A stretch of 64,000 nt of DNA from Candidatus Binatia bacterium. Lineage in GTDB: Bacteria; Desulfobacterota; Binatia; UBA9968; JAJDTQ01. Below, in pieces: positions 32,289 to 43,591 of the stretch (position 1 is its first letter; every line of letters begins with the position of its first letter). Location: contig OY762897.2 in NCBI GenBank assembly GCA_963666515.2, positions 2,592,001 through 2,656,000 on the forward strand, in the 5' to 3' direction. Below the pieces are notes generated by a model. The model saw only the letters and a list, made by a program, of their open reading frames with translations. It had not been told where the DNA came from and did not search any database. Both the position numbers and the translations under genes were made by a program.

Positions 32289-34762
32289 TCAGAACTGCAT
32301 GTTGAGGGTGACGAAGAAGGTCCGTCCCCAGCCGGCTTCCGTGGGCCCGTCCACGCTGCTGGGGTTGGCGGTGTTCACCGACAGACCGGCATCGGTGAGG
32401 TTGAACACGCCTGCCGTGACCCGCGCGCCTTTCAGACCCAAGGGATCGGCCCAGTCCAGCACCACGTCGTGGCCGTTCCAGGACTTGAAGGTTCCGGTGC
32501 CCGTCCGGTTCTTGTAGCTGGAGCGGTAAGCGGTGGTCCAGGTGGCGCTCACGCCGCCGCGCCGCGCCAGGATACCGATGCGGACGATGTTCTTGGGGAT
32601 GGGGAACCGGTCCTCCTCGCCCGCGATGCGCAGTTCGGTGCTGGTGACGTGCCGCCAGGCTCCGCGCAGGCCGACGACTCCCCAGCCTGTTCGGAAGCCC
32701 CCGCCGAGCCGGGTATTGACGCCCGAGAGATCGGCATCGACGATGTTTGCATAGCGGTCGTGAATCGTGATGTCGCCGGCGGTGCGCTCGATGCAGTTCG
32801 ACCGTGCGCCGCCCGTGCACTCATTCAGGTTCTGCATGGCCCAATCGGCGCTGTTCTGCCCGGGCATACCGGTACGCGAGAGTCGATACCATTCCACGTC
32901 CAGAAAGAACGGCCCCCTGCGGGCCCCGGCGCCGATGGCGAGCCGTTCGGTGTCCGCGGGATCGAGTTCCGGGTTGCCTGCGGTCACGCGCGTCACCTGC
33001 CGGGGATTGGGCTCCGTGCAAGAGCGGGGCGGGCTCCCGGTCCCCGGGTCGCACTCGACGTAGGGGTGGTCCTGCACCTCGGAACTGTAGAGATCCAGCA
33101 TCGAGGGCGGCCTCTCTCCCGCGCTCCAGGAGCTGCGCAGCGTGATGAGGTCGCTTAGCCGGTAGGCCGCCCCAAGGCGCCACGACGCCATTCCGCCCAC
33201 GTCGTCGTATTCGTCCCCGCGTCCCCCGACCCTGAGATCCAGATCCTCGGTCAGCGGCAGCGACATCTCGGCAAAGGCTGCGCCGGCGTTGCGCTTGCCG
33301 TCATAACTGGCCCCGCCGGAACCGAGCACCTGGGAGACGTCATGGGTCGCGCCGTCGTTGCCGCGATAGATCGAGATGTCATGGGATTTCGCCCGGTCCA
33401 GCTCGAAACCCGCGGTCCACGCCGCATTGCGGCCGCCGATGGCGAATCCGGACCCCTCCAGCGCCAGCCGGGCTCCCAGGTAGTCCGCTCCGAAATCGTT
33501 CTCCAGCCGCAGGCTGCTGTTCTCTATGGCTCGCCGATGCTCCGGGGCGTCCGAGAACGGGTTTGCGAGGTCGTAATTTCCCGCCCGGATTTCCGATGTG
33601 ATCTTGCCGGCATGCACGAAGGTGTTGCCGGACACGAAACCGTTCAGGCGAAATGCGCTGATGCGCGCATCGTAGCCGAGACTCTCCGAGACCCTGCCCT
33701 CGACGCCCACGGAGACGTCATATTCCTCGGTGTCCGTCAGCCAGTCCCGGTTGCCGTGGCGGACGAAGCGGTGCGCCACGACGAACAGGTCGTTGCCGTC
33801 TGCCTCGAAGTCCGAGCCGGCGGCGTCGTTGATGGCTTGCAGCAAACCCGGGTTCGGCGTGAAGGTAAACGAGTCCACCGACGGAGCGTAGCGGAACGCC
33901 GAATCGCCCCGCGTGAAATTCGCGTCCACGCGGAGATCGGCCTTTTCGGTGAGCGGGTGGTCCATGTTCAGGACCGCGCTCTTCTGCTCAAAGCTGCCGG
34001 TGTTCCACATGATGGTCCCGTAGGCGAAACCGCAGCCCTTGTCGCCCGAGGTGATGCCGGGCGGATTGCTGAGCGGGCCGGTATAGCCTTTCGCCGGGTC
34101 GCACTCCCCCAGCGCGGCCGACCTTACGCCGGTCACGGCTCCGTCGTCATCCCGCTGGACGACCCAGACCGTGTTGCCGCCGACGCTGACGTTCTTCGCC
34201 TCGTTGAACGCGCCGCCGTCCGGCCAGACGGAACGGCTGTACTCCCGGCTCTGCGCGGTGATTTCCTGGCGCTGGAGGATATCCGCGCCGAGGATCATGC
34301 GCCCCTTGCCCACCGCGCCGCCCCAGAAGACGCTGCCCTGCCAGCCGTCGCCGCCGTCCCGGCTCGGCATCCGCGCGACCGCGCGCGTCTCGAAGCCGTC
34401 CAGATCCTTCCGCAGCACGACGTTCAGCGCGCCGCGCACGGCGCTGCCGTCGAGAGTGCCCAGGCTGTCGCCGCTCAGAAGCTCGATGCGCTCGATGGCC
34501 GAGATCGGCAGGGTATCCAGATCGCTGGAGGTCGTGGCGTAAGGCCGGCCGTTGATCAGGACGAGCAGCGGCTGTCCGCCGGTGAGGAAGTAGCGGACGA
34601 TGCCGGTGTCCAGCAGTTCCTCCAGCGTCTGGGAGCCGGAACGCTCGAGAAAGGCCCGCTCGTACTTGGCGATGACGCGCGGGGCCGGCGCGAGGGGGCC
34701 GGCATGGGCCGCGTTCGCTGCCAGCACGGCGAACAGAGTAAGCAAAGCCAAAGGGTCTTCAT
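32289..34762 (-). CDS. TonB-dependent receptor (apparent 1-nt frameshift in signal peptide)
   Basis: Plug motif VLINGRP...PISAIERIELL, GNPELDP and C-terminal Phe; the RBS and ATG at 34762 are out of frame with the body. Confidence 0.8.
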
Positions 34763-34845
34763 CGGAATTCTCCTTCCGGTTCGGGACGACGTGCTTTGGA
34801 GCCGATGGAGCGCCGCCTCCAGGGCTCGGGCTCGCCGGTCTCAGG

Positions 34846-35451
34846 TCACAGGATTCCAAGGTCGCGCAGCGAGCCGATGGCCCGGGCCGCCTCCGCCGCG
34901 GCTTCGATGATCTCCTGCTTCGGCACTTCGGACCACTCTTCCGGCGGCAGTCCACGCTTTTCTCTCACCACGGCGATGGCGTTTTCGAGCTCCGGGAACC
35001 GAGCTGAATCCCGCAGGTGCAGATAGAGCGCCGCCAGGGCAACGGAGCGGCTGCGGCCCTCGCGACAGTGGACGAGCACGTTGCCGTGCACCTGTCGGGG
35101 GTAGCTCTCCTTCTCCGGCATCGTCTGATGGAGGGCGCCGCGGAGAATGCAGTACCCGCCGAGCATCATGCCGGCCGGGTTCTCGCCGTCCACGAGCCCC
35201 AGCTTGTAGACCCGGAACAGCGCGTGTCCGGCACGGCACAAGGCGCCCGTTTCCCCGTCCCCGCCGTCCTCCACCGGCGCGGGGACGTAATTCACGTCCA
35301 CGTTGATCGCACAGTTGACCACGGTCGATATGCCATGCCGACGCAACAGGTTCACGTCACGCGCCGCCGCGGTCCCGCCGATGAAAAGGTCGGCGCCGTA
35401 GGGCTCAAGGCCCTGGGCAATCAGGCTGAGTGACGGAAGGGGAGCGGCCAT
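34846..35451 (-). CDS. Dual-specificity (Cys-based) protein phosphatase
   Basis: LFIG, TVVNCA and VLVHCREGRSRS (HCxxGxxRS) motifs. Confidence 0.85.
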   Translation of the reverse strand: MAAPLPSLSLIAQGLEPYGADLFIGGTAAARDVNLLRRHGISTVVNCAINVDVNYVPAPVEDGGDGETGALCRAGHALFRVYKLGLVDGENPAGMMLGGYCILRGALHQTMPEKESYPRQVHGNVLVHCREGRSRSVALAALYLHLRDSARFPELENAIAVVREKRGLPPEEWSEVPKQEIIEAAAEAARAIGSLRDLGIL

Positions 35452-35616
35452 GCGTTGTTCTTCCACGATCTCGTTTGGCACCCCAAGGAGACCGGCAAGG
35501 CGCCGGTGAATCCCTTGCGCGGCGACATCAACCGGCGTAGTGTAGCCTCCGACGACAGCGAACGACGATCCCGCAATCCACAATCGGGTGATGTCACATC
35601 CCACAGGGAGGATACC

Positions 35617-36858
35617 ATGAAACACTTCATAACGCGTTTTTCCGCGGTCCTCATGGCCGGCCTGTTCGTTTTGTCCCTCATCAGCGCGGCCAACGCCGCC
35701 TCCAACCCGCCGCCCGAAATGGAGGCCTGGCTCAAGGCGTCCAAGCTCGGCCCCTACGACAAGGACGAGAACTGGAAGGACGTCGTCGCCAAGGCGAGAG
35801 CCGAAGGCGAGGTCGTGGTCTATACGTCGTCCGGGCGTATCGCCAAGCTGGTGAAGCCGTTCGCCAAGCTTCACCCGATCAAGGTGACCGTGCACGACCT
35901 CGGGTCGGTCAAGTCGGTGGAGAAGACCATTCGCGAGCAGAACGCGAACATCTTCAACGCCGACATCGTGACCACCGGCAACTCGGGCCAGGTGATCTAC
36001 GAGATGCTCAACAAGAACCGTCTCGTCAACTACGTGCCGCACCACTACGTCGACCGGATTCCCAAGGAGAACCGGGACCCGCTGCTGATCCGCGTCAACG
36101 AGGCCTTGGTCTTCCTCTACAACCGGGAGGCCTACCCGGACGCGCCGCCATTCAAGAACGTGTGGGAGCTGACCGAGCCCAAGTTCAAGGGCCGGGTGGG
36201 CATGAAGAACCCGCTGTCTTCGGGCTCCACGCTCATGGGCGTCATGACCCTCATGCAGCGCCCCGATGAATTGGCGGCCGCCTATCAGCGCCATGCCGGC
36301 AAGCCCCTCAAGCTGAGCAAGGGGGTGCCGGACGCCGGCCACGAGTTCTGGGCACGGCTCCTCGCCAACGACCTGGTGATCTTCAAGTCGGGCTCGAAGC
36401 TGGCCCGCGCCTCGGGCAAGAAGGGTCAGAAGAAGCCGCTGATCGCGTTCGCCAACATGACCTACATCGCGCGCAACGACGACAAGGGCTACGTCAACAA
36501 GATCCTGGCCAAGGTGGATCCGGTGGGCAAGCTGGTCTACCCGACCTTTTCCGCCATCGCGCGGCAAGCGCCGCACCCCAACGCGGCCAAGCTGTTCACC
36601 GCGTACCTGCTCGGCAGTCTCGAGCTCAACAAGAACTCCAAGCTCACGAAGCCTTACGACAAGGGCGCGAGCATCGAGCTGCTGCAGGGTCTGGCGCCCT
36701 ATTTCGACCCGGGCACGGTGAGCCCGCGGAGCGACGTGCCGCTGCCGGCCGGCGGCGAGATCTGGGATGACATGCCGGGCTGGAACGTGGACGCCACCTA
36801 CATGTGGAAGCAGGGCCCCAAGGTCCGTGACTTCTGGACCCTGCATTCGAGCCGATAG
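35617..36858 (+). CDS. ABC transporter substrate-binding protein (AfuA/FbpA-like)
   Basis: GGGAGG RBS, signal peptide, EGEVVVYTSS and APHPNAAKLF motifs. Confidence 0.85.
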   Translation: MKHFITRFSAVLMAGLFVLSLISAANAASNPPPEMEAWLKASKLGPYDKDENWKDVVAKARAEGEVVVYTSSGRIAKLVKPFAKLHPIKVTVHDLGSVKSVEKTIREQNANIFNADIVTTGNSGQVIYEMLNKNRLVNYVPHHYVDRIPKENRDPLLIRVNEALVFLYNREAYPDAPPFKNVWELTEPKFKGRVGMKNPLSSGSTLMGVMTLMQRPDELAAAYQRHAGKPLKLSKGVPDAGHEFWARLLANDLVIFKSGSKLARASGKKGQKKPLIAFANMTYIARNDDKGYVNKILAKVDPVGKLVYPTFSAIARQAPHPNAAKLFTAYLLGSLELNKNSKLTKPYDKGASIELLQGLAPYFDPGTVSPRSDVPLPAGGEIWDDMPGWNVDATYMWKQGPKVRDFWTLHSSR

Positions 36859-36865
36859 CCCAGGC

Positions 36866-37975
36866 ATGGAGGAAATCCATCTGACAGGTATCCGGAAGTC
36901 GTACGGCAAAGAAGTCGCCGTACGGCATCTGGACCTGACCGTGGCGCCGGGTGCGTTCCTGACCATTCTCGGACCGTCCGGCTGCGGCAAGACGACGACG
37001 CTACGCGTGATCGCCGGGCTGGAGGAGCCCGAAACGGGGGAAATCCGGTTCGGCGACAGGCTCATCTTCTCCCGCCAGAAGGGCGTGATCGTTCCCCCCG
37101 AACGCCGTAACCTCGGGCTCATATTCCAGGGCTATGCGCTCTGGCCCCACATGACGGTGGAACGGAACATCACGCTGGGCCTGAAGCAGATGGGCCTGAG
37201 CGCGGGCGAGACCGCCGAGCGTCTCGAAGCCGCCCTCGAGAAAGTGCAGATGAAGCCGTACCAGCTCCGCTACCCCTCGGAGCTGTCCGGCGGCCAGCAA
37301 CAGCGGGTAGCGCTGGCGCGCATGATCGCCTCGCGCTCGTCCATCCTGCTGATGGACGAGCCGCTGTCCAACCTCGACGCCAAGCTGCGCACGGAAATGC
37401 GCGGCGAGCTGAAACGGCTGCACCGGGACCTGGAAGCCACCACCGTCTACGTGACCCACGACCAGATCGAGGCCCTGACGCTGTCGGACGTAGTGGTGGT
37501 CATGGACAAGGGCGTGGTCAAGCAACAGGGCACGCCCTATGAAATCTACCACCATCCGGCGAACCTGTTCGTCGCCGATTTCATCGGCGATCCCGGGATC
37601 AACCGGTTTGCCGGCACCATCGGGCAGAAGAACGGGGCGGTGGGCCTGGATTGCGGCGATGTATGGCTGCCGATCCCCGGCGAGCCTCCCGCCAACGCAA
37701 GGGACCTCATCGCCACCATCCGCCCGGAAAGCATCAATGTATCCACCGAGGCCAGGGAGGACTGGCTCGAGGTAACGCTGGAATCGGTTCAGCCGAAGGG
37801 GTCCGACACGATCCTGCAGGTCCGGACCGGGAACCAGTCCATCACCCTCGTGCAACCGGGCTTCATAAGGATGGACCTCGGCGAAACCCTCTGGGTCGAC
37901 TTCGAAACGGAATCGTTGAACTTCTTCGACGTCGAGTCGGAGGCCAACCTCTTCGATCAACGCCCGTCCGCCTGA
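36866..37975 (+). CDS. ABC transporter ATP-binding protein
   Basis: GPSGCGKT, LSGGQQQR and DEPLSNLD motifs. Confidence 0.95.
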   Translation: MEEIHLTGIRKSYGKEVAVRHLDLTVAPGAFLTILGPSGCGKTTTLRVIAGLEEPETGEIRFGDRLIFSRQKGVIVPPERRNLGLIFQGYALWPHMTVERNITLGLKQMGLSAGETAERLEAALEKVQMKPYQLRYPSELSGGQQQRVALARMIASRSSILLMDEPLSNLDAKLRTEMRGELKRLHRDLEATTVYVTHDQIEALTLSDVVVVMDKGVVKQQGTPYEIYHHPANLFVADFIGDPGINRFAGTIGQKNGAVGLDCGDVWLPIPGEPPANARDLIATIRPESINVSTEAREDWLEVTLESVQPKGSDTILQVRTGNQSITLVQPGFIRMDLGETLWVDFETESLNFFDVESEANLFDQRPSA

Positions 37976-38003
37976 GCGGACCATCATCGGAAGTGCCCGA
38001 AGC

Positions 38004-39848
38004 ATGTCGCTGAACACGGCCGATCCCGGGGGGGCGCCTCCGGTCCTTTCCAGGAGCAATCTCAGCTACCACCTCTACCGGCTGATGAACCAGCCGGAGA
38101 AGATCCTGGGGCTGCTTTGCCTCGCGCTGCTGTCCTTCCTGGTACTGGTGCCGCTGTTCGAGATCATCCACGACGCCCTGGTCTACCAGAGCTACGACCT
38201 CGCCTACCGGCCCGAAGCGAAGGTCGGCTCCTTTACCCTGTTCCATCTCGAACGCGTCTTCACCGGCCCGCTTTCCAGGGCGCTGTTCCTGAAGCCGCTC
38301 TTCAACAGCGTCGCCGTCGGCTTTTGCGTGACCGTCGTGGCCGTGAGCATCGGCACCGCCCTGGCATGGCTCATGGTGCGCACCGACATCGGCTGCAAGG
38401 GCGTATTCGGGGCGCTGGTGGTGGTGCCGTACATGATGCCGTCGTGGGTGCTGGCGCTGGCATGGCTGAGTCTGTTCAAGAACGACCGGATCGGCGGCAA
38501 CGAGGGCATGATCACCAGTTTCTTCGGCGTCCTGCCGCCGGACTGGGTGAGCTACGGCTTCTTTCCCATCGTCATCTGCCTGGCGCTGCACTATTACGCC
38601 TATGGCTTTCTCTTGATGTCGGGCGCCCTGGCGACGGTGGATTCGGAGCTGGAGGAGGCGGGCGCCATCTCCGGCATGAACCGGCGCCAACGGCTGTGGC
38701 GCATCACGTTTCCGTTGCTGCTGCCCGCGCTGGGCTCCGCAGTCGTGCTCACCTTCATCCGCATTCTCGGCACCTTCGGGACGCCGGCCCTGCTCGGACT
38801 GCCGGTCCGGTTCTTCACCTTCTCAACCCAGATCTACGCCTCGCTGAACGCCCGCAACAGCGGCGACGCCTTCGTTCTCGCCCTGGTCCTGATCGTGATG
38901 GCGATCACCTTCATCTGGATCAACAGCCGGGTGATCGGCGTTCGCAAGAGCTTCGTGACCCTGACCGGCAAGGGCTTCCGGCAGCGCGAGATCGCCCTCG
39001 GCGCGTGGCGCTGGCCGGCCACCATCGCGGTCGGCGCCTTCCTCGCCGTGACGGTGGTGCTGCCGATGCTGATCCTGCTTTGGGAATCCCTGGTCATCAC
39101 GCCGGGGGAATATACCCTGAAAGGGCTGACGACGCATTTCTGGATCGGCAAGAGCGACATCGACATCGCCAATGGCGAGCCCGGCATCTGGCATTCCCCG
39201 GGCATCTTGAACGCGTTGTGGAACACCATCAAGCTGGGCGTGCTGGCGGCGTTGTGCAACGGAATGCTGGGTTTGCTGGTGGGCTACGCGGCGGTCCGCG
39301 GCCGCGGCACGCTGCTGGCAAGGTGGCTCGAGGGCGTCGCCTTCGCGCCTTACATCTTCCCCTCCATCGCCCTCGGCGCCATCTACATCGGCATGTTCTC
39401 GACTCCCTGGGGGCCGCTGCCGGCGCTGTACGGCACATTCACGATCCTGGTCCTGATCACCGTGGTCAAGAACCTGCCGTTCACCTCGCGCACCGGCATC
39501 GCCGCCATCCTGCAAATCGACAAGTCCCTGGAGGAAACCGCGCGGGTCCAGGGGATCGGCTGGTTCAGGCGCATGGCCAGGATCATCATCCCGATGTCGT
39601 CAAGCGGCGTGACCGCGGGCATGCTGCTGACCTTCATCACCGCGACCCGCGAGCTGTCCCTGATCATCCTGCTGCTGTCGCCGGCCAACATGGTGCTCAC
39701 CGGAGTAATCTTCAGCTACAACGAACACGACATGACCCAGCACTCCGGCGCCGTGACCCTATTCCTGGTCATGATCATCGTCGGCGCCAACGTGCTGGTG
39801 CGGGCAATTACGGGCGGCGGCGGGCTGGCCGGGCTGCGGCATACGTGA
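38004..39848 (+). CDS. ABC transporter fused double permease (AfuB/FbpB-like)
   Basis: Two EAA loops (LEEAGAISG, LEETARVQG). Confidence 0.9.
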   Translation: MSLNTADPGGAPPVLSRSNLSYHLYRLMNQPEKILGLLCLALLSFLVLVPLFEIIHDALVYQSYDLAYRPEAKVGSFTLFHLERVFTGPLSRALFLKPLFNSVAVGFCVTVVAVSIGTALAWLMVRTDIGCKGVFGALVVVPYMMPSWVLALAWLSLFKNDRIGGNEGMITSFFGVLPPDWVSYGFFPIVICLALHYYAYGFLLMSGALATVDSELEEAGAISGMNRRQRLWRITFPLLLPALGSAVVLTFIRILGTFGTPALLGLPVRFFTFSTQIYASLNARNSGDAFVLALVLIVMAITFIWINSRVIGVRKSFVTLTGKGFRQREIALGAWRWPATIAVGAFLAVTVVLPMLILLWESLVITPGEYTLKGLTTHFWIGKSDIDIANGEPGIWHSPGILNALWNTIKLGVLAALCNGMLGLLVGYAAVRGRGTLLARWLEGVAFAPYIFPSIALGAIYIGMFSTPWGPLPALYGTFTILVLITVVKNLPFTSRTGIAAILQIDKSLEETARVQGIGWFRRMARIIIPMSSSGVTAGMLLTFITATRELSLIILLLSPANMVLTGVIFSYNEHDMTQHSGAVTLFLVMIIVGANVLVRAITGGGGLAGLRHT

Positions 39849-39962
39849 TTCAGGCCGTAGAGGTTCATGCTTTGACATGCTCCCGGCTACTTTGTTAGTG
39901 TGGCGCGGCTTTCGTTCCAAGGACCCGCAACACTCGAAACAGCCGTTTGGAAGGGGAGACCT

Positions 39963-41534
39963 ATGAACACTGCAAGCTGGAGAACGCGACGCACGCGCAA
40001 CCTGTCCGTGGTTCTCGCCACCGCGCTTTTCGTGTCCGTCGCCGCGGCATACCCTGCGTTTGCCCAGGACAAGCCGGTGCGAGGCGGAACCATCGTTGGC
40101 ACGACCGTGCTGGAGCCCAAGTCTCTCGACCCGCTGTTCGGTGACGGCGGCAATCTGGACCACTACGTCTGGCGGCAGATCTACGAATCGCTCCTGGACA
40201 TCACGGGGAGCGGCGAAGTCGCACCCGGACTGGCGACGAGCTGGAAATTTACCGAGGACAAGAAGTCGATCGATTTCACGTTGCGGCAAGGCGTCAAGTT
40301 CCATGACGGCACCGCGTTCAACGCGGCAGCCGCGGCGGTCACGTTCCAGCGCGCGCTCTCGAAGGAGTTGAACGCGCCGCGCGCCTCCGACCTGTCCGCG
40401 ATCACCGGGGTGGAAGTACGCGGACCCTATCAATTGCGGATCAATCTCAAGGCGCCGAGTTCGGCCGCGCTGCCGGCCATCGCCTTCGCCGGACTGATTT
40501 CGTCTCCCGCCGCCATCAAGAAACACGGACAGGACTATGGCAGGAACCCGGCGGGGACCGGCCCCTTCAAGTTCGCCAGTTGGCAATCGGGGTCCAGGAT
40601 CGTCCTCGAACGAAACCCCGATTACTGGCGGAACGGCGCCGACGGAAAGCCCTTGCCCTATCTCGACCGCGTCATCATCCGGTTCATCAAGAAGAGCGCC
40701 GTCAAGGTGATCGAGGTCAAGTCCGGCAACGTCCAGGTCATCGACACCGTGTCCGCCCGCGACCTGAAGACGGTGAGCGGCGATTCCAACCTTCGACTCG
40801 TGCGGACCGGCAATGGCCGGCACGTGATGTTCGCGTTCAACATCTCCAAGCCGCCGTTCGACGACATCCGGCTGAGACAGGCGGTCCTGTTCGGCATGGA
40901 CCGTCAAACGATGATGAAGGTGATCACCCTCGGCAGAGGCCAGGTCACTCCGACCCTGATCCCCAACCAGAACTGGGTGTTCGACGCGACGCTCGAAAAG
41001 TACGGCCACGACCCCGCACGCGCCAAGCAACTGCTCGCCGAAGCCGGACACAAGGACGGCATTGACGCGCGATTGGACATCATCAAGCGTCAGCCCGACT
41101 CCACGGTCGCCCAGTTGATGCAGGCGCAACTGAAGGAGGCCGGCATCAATCTCACGATCAAGACCGTCGATCGCCAGTCCATGCAGGCCAGCCTGCGCGC
41201 CAAGAACCACATGTTCGGCATCGGCCGCTTCACGGTGCCGGGGATCGATCCGGCCCAGACGTTCGGACGGATATTCGGACGGCGCGCGCGCATTCAGCGG
41301 ACCGGCGTGAGTGACGAGAAGCTGTTCGACATGATCGACAATGCCGCGCGGCAGACCGATCAATCGGTGAGAAAGGGTCTCTACCGCGAGATTCAGGCCT
41401 ATCTGGTCGACAATGCGCTCTACGGTTTCCTGTTCTTCATGGAGTCGACCCAGGTGGAGCGGACCGAGGTGAAAAACCTCAAGCGCACGGTCGGCGGCGC
41501 CTGGGTGTTTGCCGAGGCCTGGACGGCCAAGTAG
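39963..41534 (+). CDS. ABC peptide/nickel substrate-binding protein (family 5)
   Basis: LRQGVKFHDGT, GTGPF and PFDDIRLRQA motifs. Confidence 0.93.
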   Translation: MNTASWRTRRTRNLSVVLATALFVSVAAAYPAFAQDKPVRGGTIVGTTVLEPKSLDPLFGDGGNLDHYVWRQIYESLLDITGSGEVAPGLATSWKFTEDKKSIDFTLRQGVKFHDGTAFNAAAAAVTFQRALSKELNAPRASDLSAITGVEVRGPYQLRINLKAPSSAALPAIAFAGLISSPAAIKKHGQDYGRNPAGTGPFKFASWQSGSRIVLERNPDYWRNGADGKPLPYLDRVIIRFIKKSAVKVIEVKSGNVQVIDTVSARDLKTVSGDSNLRLVRTGNGRHVMFAFNISKPPFDDIRLRQAVLFGMDRQTMMKVITLGRGQVTPTLIPNQNWVFDATLEKYGHDPARAKQLLAEAGHKDGIDARLDIIKRQPDSTVAQLMQAQLKEAGINLTIKTVDRQSMQASLRAKNHMFGIGRFTVPGIDPAQTFGRIFGRRARIQRTGVSDEKLFDMIDNAARQTDQSVRKGLYREIQAYLVDNALYGFLFFMESTQVERTEVKNLKRTVGGAWVFAEAWTAK

Positions 41535-41610
41535 GCACGCCGAAGCTCCAATCCGCAACAACGGCTGACCCCTTAATCCTCCCTCGGGCTGTCAGGCCTG
41601 AGGGCGACCG

Positions 41611-42564
41611 ATGTTTCTGTTCATCTCGAAGCGAATCGGACAAACCGTCCCGGTGGTTCTCCTGGTTTCGTTCTTCGTCTTCTTCGTCATCAACGTCATT
41701 CCGGGCGATCCCACACTGACGGTTCTCGGGGAGTTTGCCACCCCCGAACAGCGCGAGATCGCGCGCCAACAGTACGGCTTCGACCGCCCGATGTTCGTCC
41801 AGTATCTGGACTGGCTGACCAAGACCCTGAGTGGCGACCTGGGGCGGTCGTTGCACAGCAATGAACGCGTTTGGGCCATGCTCGTCGATCGCTTGCCGGT
41901 GTCGCTGGAGTTGAGCGCGCTGGCCCTGATCATCGCCCTCGGCATCGGCATTCCCGCCGGCATACTGGCCGCGCTTCGACGCGGCACGACCACTGACGCC
42001 GTCATCGGGATGTTCTCGGCCGTGGCCTTGGGCGTCCCCTACTTCTGGCTCGGGGTCCTGCTGATTCTCCTGTTCGCCATCTTCTTCAATCTGCTGCCGC
42101 CGTCCGGATACGTGGCTTTCACGGAATCACCCGTCGAGAACCTGAAGCTCATGATCCTGCCCGCGTTGACCATCGGCCTGCACGTCGCGCCGCTGATCGT
42201 TCGCCAGACACGCGCAAGCGTCTTGCAGGTGCTGTCGCTGGACTATGTCCGGACCGCCCACGCCAAGGGCCTGCCCTGGTCGGCAATCGTCCGAAGGCAC
42301 GTCTTGCGCAACGCGCTCATTCCGGTGTTGACGCTCGTGGGGCTTCAGCTTGGAAACATGCTGGGCGGGGCCATCGTGACCGAGACGATCTTCTCGACGC
42401 CGGGATTGGGCAGCCTCATCGTCGCCGCGGTATCGACGCGAGACTTCCCGGTGGTTCAGAGCGGCATCTTCCTGGTGGTGCTGCTGGTCATATTCGTCAA
42501 CCTGGTAACCGACATCCTGTACGCGTACGTCGATCCCCGGATCAGACAGCACTTGATCGTGTGA
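41611..42564 (+). CDS. ABC peptide permease (DppB-like)
   Basis: PGDP, DYVRTAHAKG and YVDPRI motifs. Confidence 0.93.
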   Translation: MFLFISKRIGQTVPVVLLVSFFVFFVINVIPGDPTLTVLGEFATPEQREIARQQYGFDRPMFVQYLDWLTKTLSGDLGRSLHSNERVWAMLVDRLPVSLELSALALIIALGIGIPAGILAALRRGTTTDAVIGMFSAVALGVPYFWLGVLLILLFAIFFNLLPPSGYVAFTESPVENLKLMILPALTIGLHVAPLIVRQTRASVLQVLSLDYVRTAHAKGLPWSAIVRRHVLRNALIPVLTLVGLQLGNMLGGAIVTETIFSTPGLGSLIVAAVSTRDFPVVQSGIFLVVLLVIFVNLVTDILYAYVDPRIRQHLIV

Positions 42565-43502
42565 TGGAAAGGCGCAGGTCCGTGAGCGAAGCACCCGAAA
42601 CACCTCGGCTGGAAACGGAAACCGTATCTTCCGACAAGACGGCGGCGGCCGGCCGGCGGGCACGGCCCCGGCTGGCGCGCGATCTGCTCAGGCACCGGCA
42701 GGGCGCGGTGGGGACGGTTCTATTTTTGGGCCTCGTGTCGATGGCGTTTCTGGCGCCGTTGTTGTCTCCCTTCGATCCGCAACATGTCGACGTCGAGAAG
42801 ATACTGAGCCCGCCGAGCACCACCCATTGGCTGGGAACCGACGAGCTTGGCCGCGACATCGCCAGCCGCATCATCTTCGGCGCGCGGGTGACGCTGCAGG
42901 TCGTGGCCGGAGCCGTTGCCTTGTCGCTGGTCGCGGGGGCGATCCTCGGATTCATCGCGGCGTATCTGGGCCGGTTCTGGGACGCATTGATCATGCGGGT
43001 GATCGACGCCCTGCTGGCCATTCCTCCGCTGGTCCTGGCGTTGGCCATCGTGGCGGCGCTCGGACCCAATCTCTTCTACACCATCCTCGCCATCGCGCTG
43101 GCGAAACTGGGCATGTTCGCCCGGCTCGTGCGCGGGGAAGTCCTGGTTCTCAAGTCGATGGAGTTCGTGGAAGCCGCCCGCGCCGCCGGCGCCAGCGGCG
43201 CCCGGATCGCGCTCAAGCACATATGGCCCAACGCGGCCGGCAACGTGATCGTCTTTTCCGCGGTCATTGCATCGAGCGCGCTGCTGATCGAATCGGCGCT
43301 CAACTTCCTCGGCCTCGGAGCCCAGCCGCCCACCCCGAGTTGGGGCGTGATGATCGCCATGGGAATGCAGCACTGGACGTTGTGGTGGATGAGCATCTTT
43401 CCGGGCGTCGCGATATTCCTCGCCATCCTCGCCTTCAACCTGCTGGGCGATGCGTTGCGGGACATCATGGACCGGCGCCTCTTCGATGTCGGCCGTCTGT
43501 GA
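42561..43502 (+). CDS. ABC peptide permease (DppC-like)
   Basis: LGTDELGRD, FLGLG..PPTPSWG and NLLGDALRD motifs. Confidence 0.93.
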   Translation: MMERRRSVSEAPETPRLETETVSSDKTAAAGRRARPRLARDLLRHRQGAVGTVLFLGLVSMAFLAPLLSPFDPQHVDVEKILSPPSTTHWLGTDELGRDIASRIIFGARVTLQVVAGAVALSLVAGAILGFIAAYLGRFWDALIMRVIDALLAIPPLVLALAIVAALGPNLFYTILAIALAKLGMFARLVRGEVLVLKSMEFVEAARAAGASGARIALKHIWPNAAGNVIVFSAVIASSALLIESALNFLGLGAQPPTPSWGVMIAMGMQHWTLWWMSIFPGVAIFLAILAFNLLGDALRDIMDRRLFDVGRL

Positions 43503-43515
43503 GGCTTATATGGCG

Positions 43516-43556
43516 CCGTTCGCCCTGAGCGTAGCGAAGCGAAGTCGAAGGGCGCC
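43516..43556. repeat. Dispersed palindromic repeat, copy 2
   Basis: ccgttcgccctgagcgtagcgaagcgaagtcgaagggcgcc. Confidence 0.7.
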
Positions 43557-43591
43557 GACTCAGATTCCGGACGGCAATGGGTCAGCCCTGG

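Noticed and set aside
39963-43502. Missing ATPases in the peptide ABC cluster (and no outer-membrane factor with the RND pair)
   Set aside because: Commonly supplied in trans; not informative from one window
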